A stretch of 50,205 nucleotides of DNA, filler included, from Dirinaria sp. TL-2023a (taxonomy: Eukaryota), in NCBI GenBank assembly GCA_051941275.1. It is 2 parts of 2 records of this genome, joined end to end, with 100 filler letters (N's around TTAATTAATTAA, not from the genome) between each part and the next. Parts side by side here need not be neighbours in the genome. Positions count along the whole stretch, not along the records: positions 1 to 25,063 come from JAVEBF010000177.1; 1 more part is not named here. The stretch is one strand, 5' to 3'. The translations under genes and the position numbers were made by a program. The notes below the pieces were generated by a model that had not been told where the DNA came from, searched no databases, and saw only the letters and a program-made list of their open reading frames with translations. Shown piece after piece: positions 1-9,556 of this stretch (position 1 is the stretch's first letter; every line of letters begins with the position of its first letter).

Positions 1-513
1 CTACCTACCTACCTAGAAAGTCAGTCTTCTCACTCTCTTCTTTCAAAACACCCTTTCCATCGCCCAAGTCCTCTACCACAGATCTTCCGCGACTTCTTCC
101 TCTGTCCCTCTTTCACAAAACTCATGTACAAAAAAAACCCCTCCTTTCTTTCTAAACCCAGATCTCTGTCCGAGCCTCGCCTCTACATTATCCATTTCTT
201 CTCTTCTTCCCCCTTTTTTAGATCTCAACTCACTCACTCACTCACAAACTCCCTCTCTCTTCCGCGCCGCCCCCCCCCTCTCCCGACAAAAAAAGCCAAA
301 TACAAGAACAGCCAACCCTCACAGTCCTTAACAACCTACACAGAGAATCACATCAAAAATATTCTTCCTCAAAACCTCTGCTCCATCAGCAAGAAAAAAT
401 TATATATTCGATCTCTTTGATCTATCTACAATAGAACGAAAAATAGAATAAAGTGCGAAGGAGGGGAAAGGGGAGAGGATGTAAAGAAAAGAAAGGAAAA
501 GAACGTGGGGAGG

Positions 514-537
514 GATGGAAGATGGAAGATGGAAGAT
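514..537 (+). repeat. (GATGGAA)3 heptamer tandem repeat in low-complexity sequence near the window start
   Basis: gatggaa gatggaa gatggaa gat read directly. Confidence 0.8.
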
Positions 538-940
538 AAAGGATTGGGTTGGTGGGTGGTAGGGTGGGGATGTTTGCTTGTGGTTTTCTTGAACGCCTTT
601 TTTTCTTCTCTTTCTCCCCCTCGATAATATCAAATGAATGAAGGGAGAGGGGCAAAAGACCAACATTGCGCTAAGATCTTTAGGAAAAAAAAATAAAAAT
701 AAATGAGAAGATATGAAAAGTAAGGATTGGGATTAGGGAGATAAAGCTCAAAGATGCGAATGCCAAACCGTTCTCGCACAGCACAGCACGGTATATCTTT
801 TCTATTGGAAGGGGCTGTCTTGCGTAGCTGCATATATGTCCTCCCCGAAATTCCAGCTGTTTGTTTCTTGATCTGGTGAACAAGTACTACTGTAATCAAA
901 AGCATGAACGCGCTGCAACTCGATCCGAGCATAGTATCTC

Positions 941-3115
941 CTAAGATCTCTTGAACCTGTCGGCAAAAGTCCTGTAAGTCCGTCGAGACTGGTCCTGCCG
1001 CCGCTCTTCCGGTGTGGAGGACTCACTCCTCCGACCCCGGCTTTGCCCGATGACCTTGCCTTTGACCTTCTGATCCATCTGGAACTTCTCAATTAGCAAT
1101 CTAGTGGGGTGGGGGTATTTTACTGCGCTTGCTTGCTTGCTTGGGGGACATACCTGATCCAGCTTATAATTCCTCATCAGCAGGCTCAGAGGCAGCAGCG
1201 GGACGACGAGACAGGTAGCGATGATCAGGAGGATGTTCATCGTCTCCTGATAGCTCCGATCGATGGCGATCTTTTCCGGGCTTCCTATTGGGTATGACTC
1301 CGCCAGCGTGAGGTTTCCGAATATCAACGGCGCATCCGCTTTCGCGTTGGGTGGCAGGTACTGTTCGAGTTTCGCGGGGATGTTGGCCGTCCAGACGGCG
1401 CCGCTGATGGCGCCTCCCACTGCGCCTCCGATCTCGACCACGGTCAGGAAGATCGCGGTAGCGGCTGCCACGTCCGTGTGTGCGACTGATGCTTGGACAC
1501 CGAGCTGCGCGGGGACATTGATCAAGCCGCCTCCGATGCCCACGGCGATTTGTGTGCCGACGATCTGTGCTGTTGTTGATCCTTGGACGCGATACCGGAT
1601 CATCAGACCTACGCCAAGGATATAGATGGCGGAGCCTGCGGTGATGTAGTATTTGTAATGATGAGTGTACTTGATGACGAGGCCAATCGAGATCGCAGTG
1701 ACCGTCGAAGCAAATGTAAAAGTTTGGGTGACATGACCAGCAGCAGTCACCGATTCGTTTTGCACGACCTGCAGATACGAGTAGAAATATGGCTGGATAG
1801 AAGTGTAGAAGACGGCTGGTAAAGAATTAGCCCACGCCTTCACCAGACTCAACCCATTGACCGAGCGAACCGAAATAGCTTACCAAAATAGAAAAAGCCA
1901 ATGGCACACCCTGCGAGGACTGTCCTGTTGGTCAGGTGTCGGAGAGCGAGGAAAGGCCGGGGAGCAAGCTTTTTGCTAGATTCCCAGAAAGGAAATGCAA
2001 TGAGGCAGACGAATCCGATAACAATCATGGCAATGATGCTGTCATTCCGCCATCCACTCTTGGCGGTCGCAGCGAGAGTGCAAGGGATTAAGATGAGAGT
2101 GAAAGCTGCCGATAGCAAGACCAAGCCGAACAAGTCCAGCTCATACCACAAGGCCCTCAAACCTCCCAGAAAAGTCTGCCCACGCCAAGGTGACTCAGGA
2201 AGCATGTTGAGCTTCGCAGCCTTCCTCAGGTTGACGAGGAGAGCCAAGGCCAAAGGTAAGAAAGCGACAGGCAAGACGATGGCCCAGACTCCATAGCCCC
2301 ACCTCCATGTCGTATGACTGAGGACGCTGTTGGCTATTGGGGAACCAACCCAGACAGTAATCAGGAAAGGTATGTCTGGGATGGCTGAGAAAAGAGCACG
2401 ATTCAGTAAGTCACTGGTATCCGCGATAAAGATCTGCTGTAGAATCTGCAGGCCAGTGGCACCAGCGGAGTAGAAGATTTGAGCTGAAGCGAATGTTTGA
2501 ACATTTTTGGAACCGGCCATCTGGATGTAGCCTACGACGTACAGGAGTATACTAAACGTGAACGCCTCCAAACGGCCAAAGACATTGGCGATCTTGGCCA
2601 TGGGGGGTTTGATGACGGCTGCGCTATCGATGTCAGGGCTTTCTCCATGATCGATCTTATTTCGTTGCATATTGCCAGCGAAGAAACGTAGATGCTCACC
2701 ATTGACCACTTGCTGCACTACTAAAACAGTGGCTACCAGCGAGTGCTTTGCAAAAGCACTTGTGGCATAGACCGTTAAATTGGTGGTGGTTTGGCCTTCT
2801 AATGAAGTCACAAAAGCGAGCAGGTAAATCCTACAATCTTCGATCAGCTCCAAAGTACGATAAATGAACGATCGTCAAAATGCAGAACGTAGCACTGAGG
2901 AATGGTATTCATGTTTCTGCTTTGTACAGCACTGACCCTATATAAGCGGCGATCAAGGACCATTTGGTCCATGTCTGACTAATAGCCTCAATACCTTTGA
3001 CGCCTGCTTGAGTGCTGTCATCGGAGCTCAAGGATGATCGATCATCAGCGCCGCCGACATATGGCTGATGTTTGCCATGTTCGGCTGCTGGGAGCCCGTC
3101 GTGAGATGAAGCCAT
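941..3115 (-). CDS. Siderophore-iron transporter, MFS ARN/SIT family (MirB/Sit1/Str-like), about 614 aa. Exons 3115-2937, 2830-2700, 2618-1884, 1815-1154, 1078-941
   Basis: Three ORF-track pieces join through canonical GT-AG introns (2831-2936, 2619-2699, 1816-1883, 1079-1153) into one 1845-nt frame. It has ARN-family motifs (QAGVKGIEAISQTWT, YATSAFAKHSL, KPPMAKIANVFGR, IFIADTSDLLNR, WRWGYG) and many hydrophobic helices. Confidence 0.92.
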
Positions 3116-3294
3116 GTCCTGGATGGACAGGCGCTCCTACACCGACAGCGCAATGAAAAGGAAACTCAAAGTAGAGGCTTCATTCAGGCGTGCAGCTGAT
3201 GTTGCTGTTGCCAGCACAAGGCTATTATTGATGATAGAAGGGGCGAAAGGCTAGAGTATCATATAGAATCTGTCCAAAGAGAGGAGCGGAGGAA

Positions 3295-3311
3295 ATCAGA
3301 TCATCAGATAA
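3295..3311 (+). promoter_or_regulatory. SreA/Sre1 iron-responsive GATA box ATCAGATAA (3303-3311), preceded by the near-copy ATCAGATCA
   Basis: Exact match to the extended ATCWGATAA consensus, about 190 nt upstream of the siderophore transporter ATG. Confidence 0.75.
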
Positions 3312-3553
3312 AACTCCCTCGAAAATCCCCGCGGCGCTAAGGCCGAAGCAGCGCCGGTGACGAAATCGAGTGGGGTACATCTACCGCCAAGACAGCGAGG
3401 ACAGCAAGATTGGTCAGTCCGGACCGTCGTCATCCCTATCGACATCAAATCAGCAGCATGAACGAAAGGGAACCTTCGGACTGGGTTCAGAAAATCCCAT
3501 CTCGCAGCGATTCCGTGCTTCTGTCTTGGTACAGTTGCATTAGAGCTTTTGCG

Positions 3554-3562
3554 TTATCTGAT
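3554..3562 (-). promoter_or_regulatory. Second SreA/Sre1 GATA box (TTATCTGAT on +, ATCAGATAA on -)
   Basis: Exact ATCWGATAA match about 440 nt upstream of the transporter ATG. Confidence 0.7.
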
Positions 3563-5206
3563 CCGCCCCCAACCCTTCCGCTATTTGAGAGGTTGGAACC
3601 GTGGATCATGACACATTTCAACCAGGATCGAGGAATGATCCGATACCTTAGTGATACCTACCTTACGCTATCACATGGCCGTTTACGTAGCTGCACATAC
3701 CCAGTCCTGTCAATTGATCCTCGGAGAAGCTTGTATATTAGGTAAAGCAGTGATTCATCATCGGTCACCTTCATTGCTTGCTTGTGTCAAGCAATCCCAT
3801 CACAGCCTTGGGTTCTTAGTGGATTCATTTCTTAGAGAGCTGGTGTAGCAGCGATATCGTTTTCCTGAGAACCACCGCGCCCAACGTAGTTATGGAGTCG
3901 CCAGTGAGATAAAGGTAATGGGCATAGGTATGGTTACTACCTTACTGCGCAAGCCAAGGTTGGAGAGCAAAGCCCTGGATCGGAATAGCTTTACGGTACT
4001 GAATCGCAGTTGCTCGTTCATTCCTGCAGACAAGGCACCTAAGAAGCGACTGGAGTATCATCAGCTGTTCCTAGGCTTGGAAGGCGCAGCCACTGAATGA
4101 GTAACTGCGATATCCTCATTCAAACTTCTCCAATTCTGTGGCCAGTGAAGACTTGAATCATTTTGTTGTATGACCGCCATTGCTTTTCGCTGTTGATGGA
4201 TATGAGCTTCCTATATCGATCACTGTCTGCTGTGTAAAGTAACCAAGCGGCTGGATCTCCTCAATGCGTGTATAAGCACAAGCAAGAGCGATTGAAAGCC
4301 TGGATAATCGAGCGCAAACAAGAGGATAAGCGCGTGCCTGACAACACTATCCGGAAAGCAGTACGGAACAAAAGAACTTCTGCAAGCTGCAGGCTTTGAT
4401 CTCCTTGACATGAGTATGTGGTGCAATCTGGAAGTCAGTAATCTGCTCCAGTATTGCTTCTAGCAACAGTCCATTCAACTGATGCCTCTCACTGGCCTAC
4501 ACTGTCCTGTATGCTGATATCGAATAGAGATCTAGAGTCAGCACGAACTCCATCGCTAGCGAGAGATGACTGAGCTAAAGTGCGAGTAGCACAAAGTCTG
4601 CTGAAGTTTTTCCCGGCTCTGCGCTTTCCGATTTGCAGCCATCTGCTGACTTTACTAGTGATTGCGCTTGCTGGAATGGACAAAGACTTTTCACGAAACT
4701 TGCTCGTCTGTTGACAGGGTCTGAGAACAGAAAGTTTTCATAAGTATCCATGCATATTTCAGTCGTCTCCATGCTTCTCCTTTGCATCAGCTTTGTTGGC
4801 AATGAACTCTTGATTGATTTGATGTTGGTCGCATATTCTTATAAACAATAGTCAAGAATTCCGTTGCATCTACAATCGGAGGGTTTAGGCGTCCATGCCT
4901 GGTTTCAGGATGTATCACAGGTACGGAATATCCCTGACTGCCACGAATTAGTAGGAGGCGGCGGATTTTTCCAGGTGGACTTCAGGAAGTTCAGGAACCG
5001 GTCGGAAAACAAACCGAGAAATTGTGGCGTGTCTAAATTAAGAGAGATTGACTTTCTGCAGCCTTACCTCACCTTACATTACTCGCCGACATGTAAGGCA
5101 CGGAGGCCCGCTCCCGGGGGGAGAACGGGCATTTGAGAGGGAGCCATGCCCGCACAGTTCATGCCAGCTGGGGCCGGCTTGTATTGATGGGGGTTCGATA
5201 TGCATC

Positions 5207-5235
5207 CTGTCATCTGTCATCTGTCATCTGTCATC
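5207..5235 (+). repeat. (CTGTCAT)4 heptamer tandem repeat
   Basis: Four perfect copies read directly. Confidence 0.85.
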
Positions 5236-5835
5236 ACTCATCCTGGATTGGTCTTCTCGCCTTGCAGGTTATTCCATAAGGCTGCTCGGGAAAAGTAAAT
5301 AAAGTAAATGCAGATGGGAAGATCAACGGCCGATGTGGCTAAGGGGCGCCGCTTTGGGAAAAGACAATTGCTTGGCGGGCGCTCTCTTTCGCTCCCTCTC
5401 GCTCTCTCTCCTTAACGCTCCCTTTAGCCCCCTGTCTCGAATTTCTCCCCCAAATAATAATATTGCACTTCCATTATTTCCTTGTGCCTCCTCTCGCTGT
5501 CCACTACCACCTTACACTCTTTTGCCCTCTCACTCTTTCACTCCTTGACTTTCAGTCAATTTGCTACTACTCTTTCATTTTTTTTCTAATCTTATCATCT
5601 TGTAATTGATCATTCCCCCCACTACCTAACACTACTTCCACCTACTTTAATACTCATAGCTTCAAGCACTTCCCCAAGGGAACAGTCGCTTCGCTTTGCT
5701 TTGTTTGTTTGTCCAGCATTACTCCTCTGTTCGGCATTCCACCAATTACCAATTCCATCTTTATTGGCCGCAACCGGCGCTGAGCAAGCACGGCGCTCGT
5801 AGAAGCGCGAAATCCCAGTTGTTGGAAATACCTTT

Positions 5836-6012
5836 GTATGCAGCATCCTCTAGTGAGATTGAATATCTTTCTCGATCCCTCCACTACCATTCTGGCTTTA
5901 GCCTCCACCCATTGCTTCTTGGTGCGATGCAATGTGCCTTTGCACTTCGCTCTAAATTCAATTGGCCGCCGTTTTGGAGCATGTTCCTGAGCTAACCTTC
6001 CTGTTTTAACAG
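5836..6012 (+). other. Probable 5'UTR intron of the RRM-protein gene
   Basis: Donor GTATGC at 5836, branch GCTAAC at 5991, then pyrimidine-rich CTTCCTGTTTTAACAG ending at 6012. The sequence between it and the ATG has an in-frame stop, so it is UTR. Confidence 0.55.
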
Positions 6013-6197
6013 ATCCCTCTAGCTCGATAGCTACGTGCTTATCCGCTGTACAGTACTGCTTCGTGCCATTACATCCCACTTAATATTATCCATACTTCTG
6101 TCCGACTTATCACACCGGACAACATAATCTCGACATTACGGCTACGGTAGCATCGAAACTGCAGGCCAGCTTTGCTCTGCCGCCTTATCTGCCCAGC

Positions 6198-8756
6198 ATG
6201 CAGCATCAAGAGCGGACTGTGAACGGTATCGGTCACGGGCCCACGGAAAGGTTCTCCGATTCTTTCTCAAAACCAAATAATACCAATGACACCACAGGAT
6301 TCTCGCACAGCGCTTATACATCGAATCAGCATTCTTTAGGGGGATACGCTGATAGACATCCCAGGCGGGCCAACATCGCTGCGATCAGCACTCCAGCCTA
6401 TGGACAGTCTACTCATCAAAATGCGAGTGACATGGCCGCACCTGGGACGGGGTTTGATATGAACTTCACTCCGCTCCTCCCTTCGCAGCTTCTCTTGGGG
6501 AGCCCTTTTCAAGCCGGCACACCTCCCTCTTTCGCATCACCGCAATTTACCAATTTTAATGGCTTTCAACAGCAGAACTCCACTGCTCATCAACAGAACC
6601 AGCAAGCCGGCAGTCCGACTCAGAACCAATCTTCGGGTTTATCTCCACAAATGTACCAGAGTATCGTTTCCCCAACGACGTACGGTGGTCAGAATTACAT
6701 GAGCGGTCCTGTCTCACCTACCGGTGGGATGGGTAACCAGATGTTTGGGGGCGCGGCAGCCCAGATGCACATCGGGGGCGGAATAAATGCCAGTAGCAGG
6801 ACTGTTTATCTGGGTAATATTCCCCCTGAGACTTCAGCAGAAGAGATCCTAGGTCACGTACGAAGCGGTCCCATTGAATCTGTACGGCTTCTACCCGACA
6901 AGAACTGCGCTTTCATTTCCTTCCTCGAAAGTAGCTCTGCTACCCATTTCCATTCCGACGCCATTTTGAAGAAATTGGCTGTGCGTGGTCAAGATATCAA
7001 AGTAGGTTGGGGCAAACCAGCTCAAGTGCCGACTTCAGTCTCTCTCGCAGTCCAGCAATCTGGAGCCTCACGGAATGTCTACCTTGGAAATCTACCGGAG
7101 ACGGTGACAGAAGCAGAGCTGCGAGAAGATCTTGGCAAATTTGGTCTTATTGACACTGTCAAGATCGTGCGCGAGAAAGCCATTGGATTCGTTCATTTCC
7201 TGTCCATCAGCAATGCTATCAAGGCCGTTGCGCAACTGCCGCAAGAGCCCAAATGGCAAGCTCCACGTCGGGTGTACTACGGGAAAGATCGATGTGCATA
7301 TGTCTCGAAGACACAACAACAGAATGCAGCTCAATACCTCGGCATCGCTCCGGGCTATGCTCATGTACTGAACGGTGCAGATAAGGATTTGATATCGAAC
7401 GCGTTGGCTCAGCAGTCGGTGGCAGCAGCTGCTGTCGCGACGACTGCAGGGGGCGTTAGTAACCTGGGCAATCGGACCGTGTATCTGGGCAACATCCACC
7501 CGGAAACAACAATTGAAGAGATCTGTAATGTTGTTCGAGGCGGTCTTCTGCATCATATCCGTTATATTCCGGATAAACACATCTGCTTTGTTACATTTAT
7601 CGACCCTACTTCGGCTGCGTCTTTCTATGCTTTGAGCAACATGCAAGGTCTCATGATCCACAACCGGCGCTTAAAGATCGGATGGGGAAAACATTCCGGT
7701 GCTTTGCCCCCTGCAATTGCGCTGGCGGTCAGTGGCGGAGCTTCGCGTAATGTGTATATTGGCAATTTGGACGAGTCTTGGTCCGAAGAACGTCTGCGCC
7801 AAGATTTTTCAGAATACGGAGAGATCGAGCTTGTAAACGCGTTGCGAGAGAAGAGCTGTGCATTTGTCAATTTCACCAATATTGCAAATGCCATCAAAGC
7901 TATCGAAGCAATCAGGAGTCGGGAGGATTACGGGCGCTTCAAAGTCAACTTTGGCAAGGATCGTTGTGGAAATGCGCCACGACAAAATACTCACAATAGC
8001 CAGCAGCAAAACTCTTTGCACCGCGACAGTACGGGCCAGTCGCCTCTGAATGGCGGCCTTCAACAGCCCTCGAGTCACAATGGCACTTCGGTGAGCCCAA
8101 CTCGTCAAGTCCGCTCCCCCCCTCCAGGCTCGACTGCTTCCTCATCCCAAAACGGCTTCCACATGCAACAGCAAGCTAACACTCCGTCGACTATCCTCAA
8201 TGCGGGAAATAACAATCCCTTGACAATGTTCCTCAACCAAGTCTCACTGCAACAAGCTCAAGCGGACCAGCTTTCTCAGCAGCAACAGCAACAACCAGAC
8301 CCCTACTCGGTCGCTGCACTCCAACAACAGCAGCAGCAGGTGCTTGCAAACCAACAAGCTGCCTTGTACGGTAGTAGTGGCGCTGACATGCTCAATCCTT
8401 CTATGGTCGATCAATCGCAACAGCAACAGAACCACAATAACTCCTTCAGCCAAGGCATGAATGGAATTACCCCCAGCTCAGCAGCTTCGACAATTGGGGG
8501 CCTGTTGGCTCCGAGATCTCAGCATGCCAGAGCAGTCAGTCTACCTGCCTTCTCTCAGGAGGGATTTAGCAATGTCAACGGGAGCATCGGTCAGCAACAG
8601 TCCCAGCATCAGCGTCAGGGCTCCGCACTCGCAATCCCGCAACCCACCCATCGGCAGCAGCAGAGCAGCTTCTCAGGCCTAGGCAACTTCGGTGGCCTCG
8701 GCATGCAGTGGGGTCTGCAGGGTTGGGCCGAGGAGGAAGTTGGGGGCATCAAATAA
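6198..8756 (+). CDS. MRN1: Four-RRM RNA-binding protein (S. pombe Nrd1/Msa2 negative regulator of differentiation; S. cerevisiae Mrn1 family) with Q/N-rich termini, 852 aa, apparently one coding exon
   Basis: Four RRMs with RNP2/RNP1 pairs (RTVYLGNI..CAFISF; RNVYLGNL..IGFVHF; RTVYLGNI..ICFVTF; RNVYIGNL..CAFVNF) and the family-typical YGKDRC/FGKDRC and KIGWGK motifs. Confidence 0.9.
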   Translation: MQHQERTVNGIGHGPTERFSDSFSKPNNTNDTTGFSHSAYTSNQHSLGGYADRHPRRANIAAISTPAYGQSTHQNASDMAAPGTGFDMNFTPLLPSQLLLGSPFQAGTPPSFASPQFTNFNGFQQQNSTAHQQNQQAGSPTQNQSSGLSPQMYQSIVSPTTYGGQNYMSGPVSPTGGMGNQMFGGAAAQMHIGGGINASSRTVYLGNIPPETSAEEILGHVRSGPIESVRLLPDKNCAFISFLESSSATHFHSDAILKKLAVRGQDIKVGWGKPAQVPTSVSLAVQQSGASRNVYLGNLPETVTEAELREDLGKFGLIDTVKIVREKAIGFVHFLSISNAIKAVAQLPQEPKWQAPRRVYYGKDRCAYVSKTQQQNAAQYLGIAPGYAHVLNGADKDLISNALAQQSVAAAAVATTAGGVSNLGNRTVYLGNIHPETTIEEICNVVRGGLLHHIRYIPDKHICFVTFIDPTSAASFYALSNMQGLMIHNRRLKIGWGKHSGALPPAIALAVSGGASRNVYIGNLDESWSEERLRQDFSEYGEIELVNALREKSCAFVNFTNIANAIKAIEAIRSREDYGRFKVNFGKDRCGNAPRQNTHNSQQQNSLHRDSTGQSPLNGGLQQPSSHNGTSVSPTRQVRSPPPGSTASSSQNGFHMQQQANTPSTILNAGNNNPLTMFLNQVSLQQAQADQLSQQQQQQPDPYSVAALQQQQQQVLANQQAALYGSSGADMLNPSMVDQSQQQQNHNNSFSQGMNGITPSSAASTIGGLLAPRSQHARAVSLPAFSQEGFSNVNGSIGQQQSQHQRQGSALAIPQPTHRQQQSSFSGLGNFGGLGMQWGLQGWAEEEVGGIK

Positions 8757-9438
8757 GCTCACCCACGATCACTAACAAACCGGAAAGTGTGCTTCCGGGA
8801 TATTTCTTTGTTGTTGTTACTCATCTCCGCATACTGGAGACACTCCAGACTGGATCTATTGTGCTAATTTGGGGCTTGACAGCGTCTGCGCCTATATTAT
8901 TATCTGCGCTGGCGGCGCCTGGAGTGGGGTTTCTTTCTGAGATTTGTATTAATAAGTCATTTGCAAGTTTGATACTCATGGGCGGATTTCGATGCTACAT
9001 TAGATAATCTAATACTGTTTGGTCTGCTCATCCTTGCGAGAGGATTAGCAAAGGGTTTCGCTGATTGTGCGAGATTGATGGGGGAGGAATGGAATCCATT
9101 AAGACAGGTGCCAGAGTAGCCGCCTGTCCCGTCCAGGAAAAATTAATCTAGATAGCCAGGAAGTGAGGTGTATCAACATCTTGCTTTTCATAGGAGAAGC
9201 TCGAACACTAATAGGAAATAGAGAGAGAGATAGCAAATATCATGCATGCACAGCGTAAAAAAAAAGTTTGGCTTTCTCAAACGACTTTGATCCATTTTCT
9301 TGTTCTGCTCCGCTCTACAAGGCAAGTATAAATACTTTGATTGATTGTAATTCAAGTGAAAGACTTGTGGTCAGCATAGAGACAAGGATTACTTTTTTTT
9401 TTTTTAAGTATATTATTTACAATAGTAGATTACTTTGT

Positions 9439-9556
9439 ACATTCGGCCATAGGCAACTGAAAAATGAGGATCCCGTCCGCTTTCCACCCATAACCAGTTG
9501 ACCGGTCAATTAGTAGTTGGGTCGGTGACGACCAGCGAATCCTGGCTGCTGAATGT
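9439..9556 (+). rRNA. Dispersed 5S rRNA gene (118 nt), divergent variant
   Basis: Terminal helix ACATTCGGC/GCTGAATGT, helix II GGCAACTG/CAGTTGACC, conserved GATCCCGTCCGCT loop and TTAGTAGTTGGGTCGGTGACGACCAGCGAATCC (boxC, helix IV). TATA-like element at about -30 (9409) and oligo-T Pol III terminators from 9567. Confidence 0.9.

Noticed and set aside
124..932. Several 67-100 aa ORFs at the window start
   Set aside because: They come from low-complexity homopolymer-rich sequence and are not protein-like.
4050..4800. Protein-like minus-strand fragments (for example RHQLNGLLLEAILEQITDFQIAPH)
   Set aside because: Short and stop-interrupted, with no splice signals or family I can recognise. Not enough to call a pseudogene or transposon relic.
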